From assembly GCF_009914755.1 (NCBI RefSeq), contig NC_060948.1: 64,000 nucleotides of DNA. The stretch is one strand, 5' to 3'. The notes under the pieces were generated by a model that saw only the letters and a program-made list of their open reading frames with translations, did not search any database and was not told the origin of the DNA. The translations under genes and the position numbers were made by a program. Shown here one piece after another: positions 14,220-27,665 of the stretch. Each line of letters begins with the position of its first letter. Position 1 is the first letter of the stretch. The stretch comes from the human T2T-CHM13v2.0 reference genome, Homo sapiens.

Positions 14220-14245
14220 AACACAAACACACAGACAGACAGACA

Positions 14246-14292
<47 letters not shown>
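14220..14292. repeat. (CA)n / (GACA)n microsatellite
   Basis: Direct reading. Confidence 0.97.
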
Positions 14293-14294
<2 letters not shown>

Positions 14295-15097
14295 CATATA
14301 TATTTAGGTCTCTTTCTGGGCTCTCTATATTTTTTAATGATATCCCTTGTCTATTGTGATGTCAATACCCACTATTTTGGTTACTGTAGCTTAGTAATAA
14401 GTCTTGACGTGAGACAGTGTTAATCCGCCTAGTTCTTCTTTTCCCAAATTGTTTTGTCTAGTATGGTTCCTTTTCATTTCCACATTAATCTTAGAGTCAG
14501 CTTGTCAATTTCTATAAAATGTCTGCTAGGGTTTTGATTGTGATTCCATTGAATCCATAATTTGGAGATAATTGGCATATTAATAATAATGAGTCTTTTA
14601 ATCCATAAACATGGTCTATCTCTCCATTTATATAGGTCCTTAATTTCTTTTGGCAATGTATTATAGTTTATAGTGTACACATCTTTCACATTTTATGTCA
14701 GATTTATCCCTATGTATTTCATATTTTTATGTTATTCAAAGTATTTTTAAAATTTCAACTTGTGATTGTTCTTTGCTAGTCTGTAGAAATACAGTTGATT
14801 TTTTATTGATATTTTATCCTAAAACCTTAGCTAAAATCAATTATTACTTCTAACTTTTTTGTGTTTCTATTAGATTTTCTAGATAGATAGTCATGTTGGC
14901 TATATATAAAGACAGTTTTATTTCTTCCATTCTGGATGCATTTTTTTCATGTCTGATTATATGTTCCAGTATCTCCAGCACAAGGTTGAATACAAGTGGT
15001 GAGAGCAGACATCCTTGTCTTAGTCCTGATCACAGAGGAAATGCATTCAGTCTTTTATCATGAAGTAAGTTTTTAGCTATAGATTTTTCATAGATGC

Positions 15098-15648
15098 TGT
15101 ATTATTCAGGAGTCTCCAGAGGAACAGAACTAATAGGAGAGATGTGTATATGAAAGGGAATTTATTAAGGAGTATTGACTCACATGATCACAAGGTGAAA
15201 TCCCATGATAGGCCGTCTACAAGCTGACGAGCAAGAAAGCCCAGTCCAAGCCCCAAAACCTCAAAAATAGGGAAGCCAACAGTGCCGCCTTCAGTCTGTG
15301 GCCGAAGGCCTGAGAGCCCTTAGCAAACCACTGGCATCAAGCCTGAGACTCCAAAAGCTGAAAAACATGCACTCCGATGTTTGAGGGCAGGAAGCATCCA
15401 GCACAGGAGAAAGATGAAAGCCGGAAGGCTCAGCAAGTCTAGTTCTTCCATGTTCTTCTGCCTGCTTTATTCTAGCTGTGCTGGCAGCTGATTAGATTGT
15501 GGCCACCCAGAATGAGGGTGGGTCTGCCTCTCCCAGTCTACTGACTCAAATGTTAATCTCCTTTGGCAACACCCTCACAGACACACCCAGGAACACTACT
15601 TCGCATCCTTCAAGCTAGTCAAGTTAATACTCAGTATTAACCATCACA
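15098..15648 (-). mobile_element. MLT2A-type solo LTR (HERVL family)
   Basis: TG...CA ends ('tgtattattcagg'...'cagtattaaccatcaca'); perfect 5-bp TSD gatgc (15093-15097 / 15649-15653). Confidence 0.92.
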
Positions 15649-16164
15649 GATGCCCTTTATCAGTTTGAGGAAATGCTTTTCTATGCTTAGTTTGCTGAAA
15701 GTTTTTATTTAATAATACATGTTAGATTTTTGTTACCTGCTTTTTCTGTGTCTTTTGAGATGATCATGTGATTTATCTCTTTGCTAACATGGAGAATTGT
15801 ACTGATTTATTTTCAGTGTAAAATCATCCTGAATTCCTAGGAAGTAAAATCCCAATTTATCATGATATTGTATTCTTTTTATAGATTTTGAATTCAGCTT
15901 GCTAAAATTTTAATTTTTTTCTTCTATATTCATGAAGAATCTTGGCCTATAGTTTGCTTTTTTGTTAACATCTTAGTAAGGTTTTTGTGCCATGGTAATT
16001 CTGGTCTCTTACAAATATTCCCTGCCTCATAAGTTCTCTGGGATAGTTTGTATAGAATTGGTATTATTTCTTCATTAAATGTTTGGCAGAATTCACTGGC
16101 AAAGCTATCTGGGTCTCAAATCTCCTTTGTGGGAAGATTTCTAACTACAAATTGAAAATTTTTA

Positions 16165-16540
<376 letters not shown>

Positions 16541-16744
16541 TGATATTTTATATGTTTTAGGACATTTGTTAATTTCATTTCCATTGTAAAATTTATGGGC
16601 ATAAAATTTTACAAGTGATATTCCCTTTTTATACTTTTTAATATCTTAGAAACCACTGATACCCATTCTCTCATTCCTAATGTGAAAAATTTTGATCTCT
16701 CCTTTTTCCTAATCAATCTATCTTGAGATTTATCCATTTTCTTT

Positions 16745-17060
16745 TGCTTTGTTTTTTTTTTTTTTTCCTCTCTGAGATGGAGATTCAGTCTTGTTGCCCA
16801 GGCTGCAGTGCAATGGGTTGATCTCGGCTCAATGGGGCAACCTCCGCCTCCTGGGTTCAGGCAATTCTCCTGCGTCAACATCCTGAGTAGTTGGGATTAC
16901 AGGTGTGCACCACCAAGCCCAGCTAATTTTTGCATTTTTCAGTAGAGATGGTGTCTCACCATATTGGTCAGGCTCATTTAGAACTCCTGACCTCAGGTGA
17001 TCCACCTGCCCTGGCCTTCCAAAGTGTTGGGATTTCAGGCATGAGCCAGTGTGCCCAACT
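16745..17060 (-). mobile_element. Alu (S-type)
   Basis: Antisense dimeric Alu. Confidence 0.95.
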
Positions 17061-17969
17061 CCATTTTATTTTTCTTGTCAAGAAACCAACTTTGTTTTTG
17101 TTGATTTTCTCTATTTTTGTCTTCTATTTTATTGATTTCTCTTTTGATCTTTATTATTTCCTACTGTCTGCTTCCTTTGAGTTTAATGTGCACTCTTGTT
17201 TTTATTATTTATTTCTTGTGATGGATCCTGAGGTCATTGCCTTGAATCATTTTTTTTTTTTTTTGTAAAATAGGTATTTGGTGTTATACAGTTCCATTAG
17301 TATTAGTATTAGATGCCAAACATTAGTGGCATCCTACAAATTCTTATATACTGTATTTTCATTTTCACTCACCTCAGAATATTTTGTAATTTCCCTTTTG
17401 ATTTCTTCTTTGAACTGTGAGTTATTTAGAAGCATGTTATTTAGTTTCTAGATATTTGGGTATTTTTCAGTTATCCCTCTTCTATTGATTTCTAATTTAA
17501 TTTCACTGTGGTCAAAGAACATATTTGTATGACTTGAATCTTTTTACGTATATTGAGAATGGTTTTATGGCTCAGAATGTAGTTGGTCTTTGTAAATGGC
17601 CCATGTGTACTTGAAAATAATATATATTCTGCTGCCATTGGATGGAGTGTTGTAAAAATGTCAATTAGGAGTTGTTTGATAGTATTGTTCAAATCTGTTA
17701 TATCCTTGCTGATTTTCTGTCCACTTGTTCTATTAATTATCGAGAAAGGATTATTGAAATTCCCAGCTACAATTATGGATGTGTTTATTTCTCCTTACAA
17801 TCTATTAGTTTTTGCCTCATGTATTTGAAGCACTGTTATGAAGTACCTAAACCCTTAGGATTGTCACATTTTCATTAACTGACCAATTTGTCATGCTGAA
17901 ATGACTCTCTGCCTACGGTAACATTTTTCACTCTAAGATTTACTTCTTTTAGTATATTAATATAGCCTC

Positions 17970-18415
17970 TGTCGAGGGCTCAGCTGGAGAGAGAGCTGAG
18001 CTGCCAGGTTTTAACGTGGTCAGTTAAGAAAACGGCCAAACTTAAAAAGAAAAAAAAAAAAGAAACCATCAAGACTTTATTCACTTATGCAACAGTATAA
18101 GCAAGAAGCAAAAAAGGAAGAAGTGCCAGCTCCCAGAATGTTCCATGTTTTCCCCCATGGAGCAGCTCAGAGGAGGGGAGTTTGGGGTATGGGGATGATC
18201 ATCTCCCTGCTTAGCGAGACGGACTGCCGAACATGAGCCTCCTGCTATTTCGCTGTTGCTGGGAATTTATGGACCCTGTGGTGAAGGGTGGGAGTTTGGG
18301 GAAGGCTAGGAGTGGAAGATACTTAATACTGAGGACCGCGGAGGCGGAGGTTGTTGCAGTGAGCCGAGATCGCGCCACTGCACTCCATCCTAAGCGACAG
18401 CATGAGACTCAGTCT

Positions 18416-18458
<43 letters not shown>

Positions 18459-18964
18459 AGAAGAGGAGGAGGAGGAGGGAGGGAGGGGGAGGAGGAGGAG
18501 GAGGAGAATGAGAAGAAAAGAAAAAAGAAGAAGAGGAAGAAGGGGAAGAAGAAGAGAAGGAAGCGGAAGAGGAAGAAGAAGAAGGAGAAGAGGAAGAAGA
18601 AGAAGAAGCAGAAGAAGAAGAAGAGGAGGAAGAAGAAGAAGAAGAGAGAAAAGCATGTTTTTCAGGTTACCCTCAAGAAGTTGGTGTCTAGTAGAGGCAG
18701 CCAAGAAAGACCTCTGCCAGGACCCTCCTGATCCGGGGACCTCTGCATGGACGTATCTGGGCTGGGAATGCAGGTATGTGTAAGAACATAAGTGCGGGGG
18801 GACGTGAGTCTTTGATACAACTCCCCTAGGGGACTGTGTGCTCTGGTTCTGGTTGTGCACCGAGGCCGGTGGGGAGGACCCATGGAACAAACTTGTGGTA
18901 AGGCCTTTGTAGTGGCTGAAAACTCACACACAGAGTTGGGTTTTGGCTCTCAGAAAACTGCTCA
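17970..18964 (-). mobile_element. Solo LTR (ERVL-like, family not identified) inserted in the L1
   Basis: TG...CA ends; near-perfect 5-bp TSD gcctc (17965-17969) / gccac (18965-18969); L1 resumes colinearly; antisense AATAAA near 18075. Confidence 0.7.
18335..18650 (+). repeat. Alu right-arm 3' fragment with ~40-nt poly(A) and expanded (GGA/GAA)n tail
   Basis: 'ggaggcggaggttgttgcagtgagccgagatcgcgcc...gtctc', then A-run and purine triplets. Confidence 0.9.
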
Positions 18965-19029
18965 GCCACTCCAGCTTCCTCTTGGCCAGTGTCAGCAATG
19001 GCATACCCTTGTCAAAACTTAGACTATTT

Positions 19030-19136
19030 GGCCAGGCCCCGTGGCTCATGCCTGTAATGCCGGTACTTTGGGAGGCTGGGGCAGGTGGATCCTGAGCGCA
19101 GGAGTTTGAGAACAGCCTGGCCTCAAGAAAAGAAAA
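19030..19136 (+). mobile_element. Alu left monomer / FLAM fragment
   Basis: 'ggccaggccccgtggctcatgcctgtaat...ggagtttgagaacagcctgg'. Confidence 0.85.
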
Positions 19137-19757
19137 TTTTTTTTCACTTTTAACCCATTTGTGTCTTTATATTTTAAAGTGCATCTCTTGCAGGCAGCAC
19201 AAAGTTGTCTTGCATTTTTATCCAATCTGACAGTCTGCCTTTTAATGGGGCTAATTGGACTATTTTTATTTAAACTTTTTATCTGTAATGGCTAACTTTC
19301 ACTCTATCACATTGGCATTTGTTTCTTATTTGTTCCACCTGTTCTTTGTTCCTTTTTTCCTCCCTCTCTGTCTTATTTTAGATTAATTGGATTAATTTAG
19401 ATTAACTGGATTGATTTGAATTAGTTGAGTATTTTTATGATCCATTTTTATCTCCTTTATAGACTTATTAGCTTTAACTCTTTGTTTTATTATTTTAGTG
19501 GTAGCATACATCTTTTCTTATCACGATATATTTTGAGGGATACTATACCTCTTCATATGTGGTATGATATCCTCAAATGGGTATACTTCTATTTCTCCCC
19601 CCACCAGCCTTTATGTTATTGTTTTTGTCTTCCAATTTATATAAGTCATAACCCCTATAATACATGGTTATTATTTATGTTTAAATAGCCAATTATCTCT
19701 TATTTGGTAATTTTTATTGTGATAAAATATACATAACATAAAATTTACCATTTTAAC

Positions 19758-20433
19758 TGTTATCAGTGGTGAATCCACACAAGACTGCAGCAACCTCAAT
19801 TCTTACCTCCTTCAGAAGAAAGAATTCAACCAAAGGGAATAAGGCAGAGGGAGAAACTGAGGCAAGCTTAAGGGAAGGAGTGAAAGTTTATTAAGAAGTT
19901 TTAGAGCAAGAATGAAAGGAAGTGAAGTACACTTGGAAGAGGGGCAAGCGGGTGACTTGAGAGATCAAGTGCAAGGTTTGACCGTTGACTTGGGTTTTTA
20001 TGCTTCTGGGGTGATTGTGCCCTTCTCCCCTGATCCTTCCCTTGGGGTGGCCTGCCAGCACTTAGGAGGGGCCACGTGTGCAGTGTGTTTACTAAAGTTG
20101 TATTCAGGCCGCCTTGAAACATTTTTCCCTTACCGGTTGAGTATTCCCTAAGGAAGGTGAGGTACCAGTTAATTCCACCATTTTGCCTCTTAGTGTGCAT
20201 GCTTGAGTTCACTCACCCAACTCCTGCCATCTAATCAGGAAGCTGCTGATCATCAGTTTCAGGTGTTTTCTATCTATTGGGAGACTGCGTTTCCCTGGCG
20301 CTGGCTGCAACCAATTATTATTTTAGAGACAGTTTAACAACCACCTCACTATCACCTTATGGTCGCCTGACATTCCTGGTGAAGAGGGCCCTCTCCTTCC
20401 CTGCTCATGTCTGCCTAACTACCTATGGTAACA
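19758..20433 (-). mobile_element. MER50 LTR (ERV1)
   Basis: TG...CA ends; 'ctgctcatgtctgcctaactacc', 'gtcgcctgacattcctgg' and 'cagtttcaggtgttttctatctattgggagactgc' match MER50. Confidence 0.85.
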
Positions 20434-20437
20434 AAAG

Positions 20438-20740
20438 CTTTTTTTTTTTTTTTTTTTTTGAGGCAAGGTCTTGCTCTGTCACCCCAGGTGTCGTGCAGTG
20501 GGGCAATCATGGTTCACTGCAACCTCAACCTCCAGGGCTCAATTGATCCTCCCACCTTAGCCTCCTGAGTAGCCAGGACTACGGGTGTGTGCCACCACAC
20601 CTGGCTAATTTCTGTATTTTTTGTAGAGACAGGATTTGCCTTGTTGCTTAGGCTGGTCTTGAATTCCTGGGGTCAAGCTATCTGTTGGTCTCTGCCTCCC
20701 AAAGTGTTGGGATTATAGGTGTGAACCACTGTGCCTAGAC
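20438..20740 (-). mobile_element. Alu (J-type)
   Basis: Antisense dimer with T22 tail and J-type 'gatcctcccaccttagcctcc'. Confidence 0.93.
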
Positions 20741-21040
20741 CCCCAAATTATCTTTTTTTCAGAGACAGTGTGATAGTTCTCAAACTATCACCTAACATTC
20801 CTGGTAGGAGAGGAAAGATCTCTCTCTTGCCCCAGTCATGCCTGTCTAACTACGTGTAACTAGTTAGCTCAGCTTACTGTTATAATTTTTCTCACTGATA
20901 GAATTTTTGCAAAGACACTTTCAATACTACCAAAATAAATAGTAATCAACCACTTGGAAAGCATTTAGAAGTAACTGAAGTCCCTACTTACACCAAATGA
21001 GGAAAAGCCAAACTACACTGTGGGACACACTGTAAGTCCC

Positions 21041-21430
21041 TGCATCAGTCAGCTGTTGCTGTGCAAACACCTCCTCAAGACTCGGCAGGATAAAGCAATG
21101 ACCATTTATAATTGCTCACATGTCTGCAGGTCAGCTGCTTTTTGGCTGACCGAGGCAGGGCTTAGCTAGGCTGGCTCTGCAGCGTGTGTCTCTCATTCTC
21201 CTCCTGTGGCAAACAATGGCAGATGACAATGGCAAATGTGGAAAGCCTTTAAAGAAGAAATCTCATAAGGAGTTCCCTGTCACTCCCATTCATCTCAGTC
21301 TTTCAGCCAAAGCAAGTGATATGGCCAAACCCCATATCAAGGGGTGGGGAAATATAATTTGCTTATTTATTAGGAGCAAAGTCACATGGTGGTCATTGCA
21401 GAATGGGTTGAATGACATAACCTATCATCA
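21041..21430 (-). mobile_element. MLT1-type (MaLR) LTR remnant
   Basis: 'gccaaagcaagtgatatggccaaacccc...aaggggtggggaaata' MLT1-like motif. Confidence 0.65.
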
Positions 21431-22329
21431 GCCCTGAAGAAACTCATCATTCATTTCCTTCCTCAAGACTCCCCTCATCCGGGCATCTCCAGATCTTACT
21501 CTTTCCCACACTCTGTATCAAACAGTCCACTCACACTAGCTACCCTGCTTCCTTTGGCACCCTCTTTCCACTAGATAACCTGTTCACTCAGCATTTCTAT
21601 TTTCATTTGCATCTCCACCCTTTGCCCATTACCCCAGCAGCTCACAGAGGACCCTGACAGAATAGGCAAAACCCAGAAGTTGGGTGGGTAGATAATGTGT
21701 GAAAGCTCACACGGTTCTGACGCCTCCTTGACGCAGCACATTACTAGCGAATGACATGTATAGGGCCTGGGGTGTTTGCAGAACCAAATCAGGTGTGGAG
21801 GAAATTATATGTAAATACCTCCATGGGTGTGTGATTGTATCATACCTCACCATAACAAAGCTCAAATGACATTTCATTTCCAAATGTGGCTAGGTTTCCC
21901 TGTGTTATATGTCGTTGAAAGCCAGTATAAATAAATATCTGTGAAAGTCCTAGCTGACTGCCTGCTTTGTTTCTGCCACTAAACTGTAAGCTCCTCATGA
22001 ACAGAGTGTTTCTGTACAATTCACTAGCTGTCTCTATCTTTACCTCACAGCCAATCCACAAATGAACGCTGTCAGCCTTGCCCCCCATCATATCCCAACC
22101 ATCCATGTCTGGCTACTCCATTGCTAGTCCAACCGAAGCCCCTTGCATCTCATGCCTGGGTTATTTCACAGCCTTCTAGGCTGGTAACTCCCGCTGCTAC
22201 TGTGCCTGGCTCCAGTCTATTCTGTACATGGTGAAGAGGATCCTTTGAAAAATGGATAAAATGAGTAGCAAATTGTGTTTCTCCTGCACTCAGAATCCTC
22301 CTCTGGCTCCTCACTGTAACCTCTGGCTT

Positions 22330-22440
22330 CAGTAGTTACGGCAAATATTTAAAAGTCAGCCTGCAGGAAGAACCCTGATTTACTGAGTTTTCCAATGTTA
22401 GTAGTATAAATACTCATCATGGCCAATTTTAAGCTGGCTT
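22330..22440 (+). mobile_element. MER63-like hAT fragment
   Basis: 'ccctgattt...gtataaatactcatcatggccaattttaagct'. Confidence 0.6.
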
Positions 22441-22622
22441 CTTTCCTTCACTCCGTCCCTCCCTCCTCCCCTTCTCCCCTCCTTCTCTTCTCCCCTCTTT
22501 CCTTCATTTCCTCCCTCCCTCCCTCATTTCTTCTGTCCTTCTCTCCTTCCCTTCCTTTCCTTCTCACGTCCTTCTTTCCTTTCTTCCCTCCTCCCGTCCT
22601 TTCTTCCCTATTCTCTGCCTCC
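22440..22622. repeat. CT-rich low-complexity tract
   Basis: Direct reading. Confidence 0.9.
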
Positions 22623-23845
22623 TACTCTAGAATTGACATTTCATGACAGGCAATCCATGTCTGTCTTAGTTATTGCTTAGAAGTACCTGGCACATAATGG
22701 AAGGCTCAGTACATATTTCTTGAACAAATAGTTGACTAATTGAATAGATGATCCTTTCTTAATTCTGTACCAGGATTTAAGAATTATTCAAAGAAGATGT
22801 CATTGTTTTAAAATGACCAAGTACTGCTCAGCACTTTCAAGTTCACAAAGCATGCCTCATGCATCATCTCTATGATCTGTACCCGGGTGCCATCCTGAGA
22901 AGCTGGGAAAGGCTTTTCTCTTCCTCCTCACTTTACAAATGAGGAAACAAAGACTCAGAGGGATGGAGGTTCCCGCTCAAGGCCAAACAGTAAGTATGTA
23001 TCCACAAGTCTGACTCTCAGTCTGGCAGTCTTCTCAGTGGTCTCCAGGAACTGTTTAGCTCTTGGGGGGATCTCATAAGGGAAGCCTGGAGGCTTCAGGG
23101 AGAGCTGTCCCAAGGAAGAGGAGAGAAACACATGGTGGCGAGGAAGGAGGATTGACGACCAGGGAAGGCCTTACGTAGGCCTCTACCAGGCTGAGCCTCT
23201 GGTGTCAGGCCAGTAACATAGTAATTCAGGTCCCCAATCCTGATTCTGTCTCTAGATTCCCACTAACCTCCCCACAGACATGGAGCATTGAGCCCCCCTT
23301 CCCCACTTATAGAGTACCCCAGATAGCATAGGCTCCACACCTAGCACCCACCTTCTTGCAAGTCTATAGCAATGAGCAGCAGAGCGCCAGCTGAGATCCA
23401 CAAGCTGAACCTGGTCCCCAGGGATAATTTCTTTAGCCCCTGTAGTGTTTAAAAAATTGGGCCAGCATTTACAAGCAGGATATCCCAAGTGGTTGGTTGA
23501 TTTTGGTAAACAGAAAGATCTTGCCACACATCCTGGCCATTCTGGGCTGACAGCAGTCATCCACCTGAGACCAGATAAGTGTTGTCCTGTTCAATGCAGC
23601 CACTCAAACCAGTTCAATGCAGTCCAGTTCAATGCAGTTTCCTATCACCTCTCCAACTTCCAGGGCAGCCATTGACTGCAGTTTATTTCCATGCTGGAAG
23701 TTTTACTTGTGTCAAAAAACATACCTCTGAAACCGAAACTTATACCAAAAGAAGAAAAAATATGTAGGGCTTCATGATTTTACTACATGGACTGACAGAA
23801 CCCTGAGTTTACGAGCTTTGGGCTATGCCTCAGTTTAAAATACAT

Positions 23846-24248
23846 GCCTGCCTGCCTTCCTTCCTTCCTTCCTTCCTTCCTTCCTTCCTTCCTTCCTTCC
23901 TTCCTTCTTTCCTTCCTTCTTCCCTTCTCTTCCTTCCTCCCTCCATCCCTCCCTTCCTTCCTTTGTTCCCTCCTTCCTTCCTTCCTTCTTTCCTTCCTTT
24001 CTCTCCTTCCTTCCTCCTTCTCTCTTCTCTTTTTTCTTTTCTTCCCTGAAAGAGTCTCTCTGTTACCCAGGTATGGTGTATAATACATGCTAACACCACC
24101 ACACCCAGCTAATTTTTTAATTTCTATTTTGAAGAAATGAGATCTTGCCATCTTGCCCAGGCTGGTCTCTAACTCCTGGCCTCAAGTGATCCTCCTGCTT
24201 CAGCCTCCTAAAGCATTGGGATTGCAGGCATGAGCCACCTAGCCCAGT
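23846..24248 (-). mobile_element. (CCTT)n microsatellite grown from the tail of an internally deleted AluJ (Alu ~24045-24248)
   Basis: (CCTG)n(CCTT)n run, then antisense Alu lacking most of the right arm. Confidence 0.85.
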
Positions 24249-25896
24249 TAAGTACACCTTTTCCTAGTTCTGTCAACAATCTCACAAAGCTGGCATCCAG
24301 AACCCTCCTTTAGGTGAGGATCCTTGAGTTAAGAGGCGTTGAGGGACTTGGCCAAGGTTAAATAACTAGAAGTAGACACAGAATGTGAAGATAACATCTC
24401 ATCCAGCGCAGGCATCCCCATAAATTGCATTCCCACCCACACACCACCAGTGTGTTCATTGTGACAGGATGTGTGACCTGACACAACAGCCCTTGTGTAA
24501 TCTGACACATTCCCATTAGGTAGCGACATAAACCAACAAAGCTTTCCAGGACAATGCCTTTGTGGAAATTGGTTTTCTTGCATTACTAGGGATTTTAAGG
24601 CACAACAGGTTTTCCCCTCTTTCTGTCTCTCAAAAAAAAAAAAAAAAAAAAAAGTCCTTTCAATACCCAATATTGCATGGCTTTCATGCCAGGCATAAAA
24701 TGAAATTTGCCATAATCCATTGCCTAGGGAGAAAGTCGTATGTGTGTGTCACAACTGACATCTGTTAAATTAAATAAGCAAGCAATAAGAAGGTCTGAAA
24801 TATGTTCTTTGTTCAGGAATTCGTGCAGACACTGATCAGCTGCTCTGTACAATTGAGAAGAGAACAAGTGCCTTTTCTTCCCCCAACATGTGCCACTGAA
24901 AGCCTCCAAGGAGGACAAAAGCAGAGGATGGATGAACTTGCACACCGTGAAGTTAACACTTCTGTTTGAAGTTCAAGCAAATTGGCTGAGCACAGCAGGA
25001 ATGACCACATTGCCAGCTCCATCATACCTGCTCCCTCCCCAGGGCTGAACAGGAGCTCAGGCTAGTCCTTCCTTACCTGCTACTTCTTTTGCAAAGTGTA
25101 GGAAGGTGTGAGGCTTCATCCAGACTGCCTGATCAGTTTTGACCATCAGCATGTTATTATGGTGGATCTATTCTTAAAATACAGTTGTTCTTTTGTTTTC
25201 CTCACTGGCAAGGAATTTTGAACCAATAGCTCCAGAGTTAGCCCTTGTAATTTATTAATCAAGCTTCATTATTAATATGAGAATGAGAACAGATGTAATT
25301 CCAATGTGCAGCTGGAATATCAGCCAAGATGTGGTCCTTATAGAGATATACTAGGATCATCAAACGAGAAAGAGAAGCTTTGCCTATGCAACCAATTATA
25401 ATTGTGGGATGGTGTATTTTGGGTATTGGAATTTTTTTGATAAACATGAGGATAGGCAGAAAGCCCTTCAGTTTCAATCCTTTGTTTTGTCCTTTCCCTC
25501 ATCCCTAGAAATAGGTTATGTATCTATGACAATAACAGTGAGTGCCTCCCAAAAAACCACACACGTTTTCAAACCTCCCCTGCAGTTGAATTGAACCATG
25601 TGGATGGGTTCTGATAAATGGGAAAATATTTACTTATATTTTCTTTGAGTTCTATTGCGGTTTTATTTTTGTGTTTAATCCACGTGGAATTTATTTTAGT
25701 ATATTAGTTTCAAGGCAGTTGTTCCCGGACTATTTAATTAATCTTTCCTTTTCCTACCGATTGCAAATACCAATCAGTATATGACAAATTCTGATTTCTG
25801 GTTCGGTAATCAATTTTCTCATTCCTATGTTGGTATCAAATTCCTAAATTATAGTAATTTTAAAATATATCTTACTATCTAGTAAGAGCTATCCCC

Positions 25897-26028
25897 TTTA
25901 ATTTTTTAAATGGGGTCTCACTGTGTTGTCCAGGCTGGTCTTAAACTTCTGGGCTCAAGCAACCTTTCTATCTCAGCTCAGGCTCCAGAGTAGCTGGGAC
26001 TACAGGCTCATACCACCACACCTGGCTC
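25897..26028 (-). mobile_element. FLAM / Alu monomer within old L1ME/L1MB fragments (~25620-26850)
   Basis: 'ggggtctcactgtgttgtccaggctggtcttaaacttctgggctcaagc...ccaccacacctggct'. Confidence 0.8.
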
Positions 26029-26879
26029 CTTTAAAAAAATTAATTCAGTTGCTTTTACAAATGTATTCTTTGAGTAGAATTTAAAAATCAGTTTGCTAAG
26101 TTAAAAAATTAAAGATTGATTAAATTCACAGGGTGACTGGGAAATAATTGATATCTTGTCAGGCCTGAGCCTGCTCATTCACGTGTGTGATGTTTCCCTT
26201 CATTTCATGTCTTCTTCCGTGTCCTTAGGCCGTTTTGTATTTCTTCTGTGTTTGATTCTGAGTATTCTGTGATTTTGGTTGCTTTTGTAAATGGGATATT
26301 TTTCTCATTTCCCATCATTTTTTCTAATTTATTATGGCTGAATGTTATTCGACTGTATGTATATATCACAATTTATTTATCCATTCATCCATCAATGGAC
26401 ATGTGGTTTGCTTCCACCTTTTGGCTGCTGTGCTGCTATCAACATGTGTATGCATGTACTTGCATCCCTGTTTTCAATTCTTTTGGGTACAGACGCCTGG
26501 GAGTGGAATTGCAGGGTCCTGTGATAATTCTGTGTTGAGTCATCTGAGGAACCACCAACTGTTTCCTGCAGTGGCTGAACCATATTACATTCCCACCAGC
26601 AATATACAAATTCCAGTTTCTCCACATCCTCACCAATACTTGCTGTTTTCTGTTTTCTTTTTAAAAAGTCATTACCATCCTAATGGGTGTACAGTGGTGC
26701 CTCCTTTTTATTTGCATTTCCCTAATGATGAATGATGCTGAGAATGTTTTCATGTGTTTGTGGGCCATGGCCTCTCTTCTTTGGAGAAATATCCACTCAA
26801 GTCCTTTTTCCACTGTTTAAGGGATGGTTTGTGTTTTTGTTGTTAGTTTCCTAACTTTCTGACAGGAAAACATTAACCG

Positions 26880-27665
26880 AAAGTTGCTGTGTTACATAGG
26901 ATACTTTCAAAAGCAACAACTAGAAGATGCAACTCAAAATGGCTTAAATGATGAAAGAATGTTAAATGTTTGAGTGATCAGGTATGGTTCTAGCACTGTC
27001 CACGTATTAATTCATTTAATTCTAACAAGAATACTACAGGGTAGGTACACAAATCAGAAATATGAGGCACAGAGAAGTCCAAAGTCACACAGCTGGTAAG
27101 TGGTAAAGTTGGAATTTGAACCTAGGAAGTCTGACTCCATAGTCTCATCTGTGAGTGACCAGGTAATAAGTCTACAGGGAGGCAGTACTGGCACTGATTG
27201 GTTTAGCACATCAACCTAATACGGAGTCTAGATTTGTCAATGTTCCTATTCTGTTACCCTAAGCATGTTGCCTTTGCCTCAGGGTCCTCCCCTCATGGTT
27301 GCAAAATGGCCGCAACAGCTCCAAGCATCACATTATCTCCCAGCAACATCCAAATGACAGAAACAGAAAGTCTCTTTGGTTTCTTCTTTTTTAAAAGTAA
27401 GGAAAACTCTTCTAGAAGTACCTCTAGCAGACTTCTCATTGATCAGAATTGTGGCACATGCCCCATCGTAAACCAATCACTAACAAGGGACACAGAACTA
27501 CAATTTTGGACACAGACTAATCAAGGTTGACACCTTGAAACTTCAATGGGGTCCAGATTCTAAAAACTATCTGCTGCTCAGTTCCTGAACAGAAATCATT
27601 TTCTGTTAACAAAGAAGAAGGAGGTAATCACTGTTGAGTTGGTGACCAACAGCTGCTGCCACAAG
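26880..27665 (-). mobile_element. MLT1J/K-type LTR remnant with a nested MIR (~26960-27150)
   Basis: 'ctcatggttgcaaaatggccgcaacagctccaagcatcaca' MLT1 motif; MIR core 'aagtcacacagctggtaagtgg...ggaatttgaacctagg'. Confidence 0.65.

Noticed and set aside
18233-18890. Long K/R/E-rich and L/F/S-rich ORFs
   Set aside because: Translations of the poly(A)/(GAA)n microsatellite; not genes. The same applies to 22419-22646, 23783-24151, 54310-54675 and 63719-63931.
24632-24653. Orphan A22 preceded by 'tctctc'
   Set aside because: No target-site duplication found, so it cannot be called a retro-insertion.
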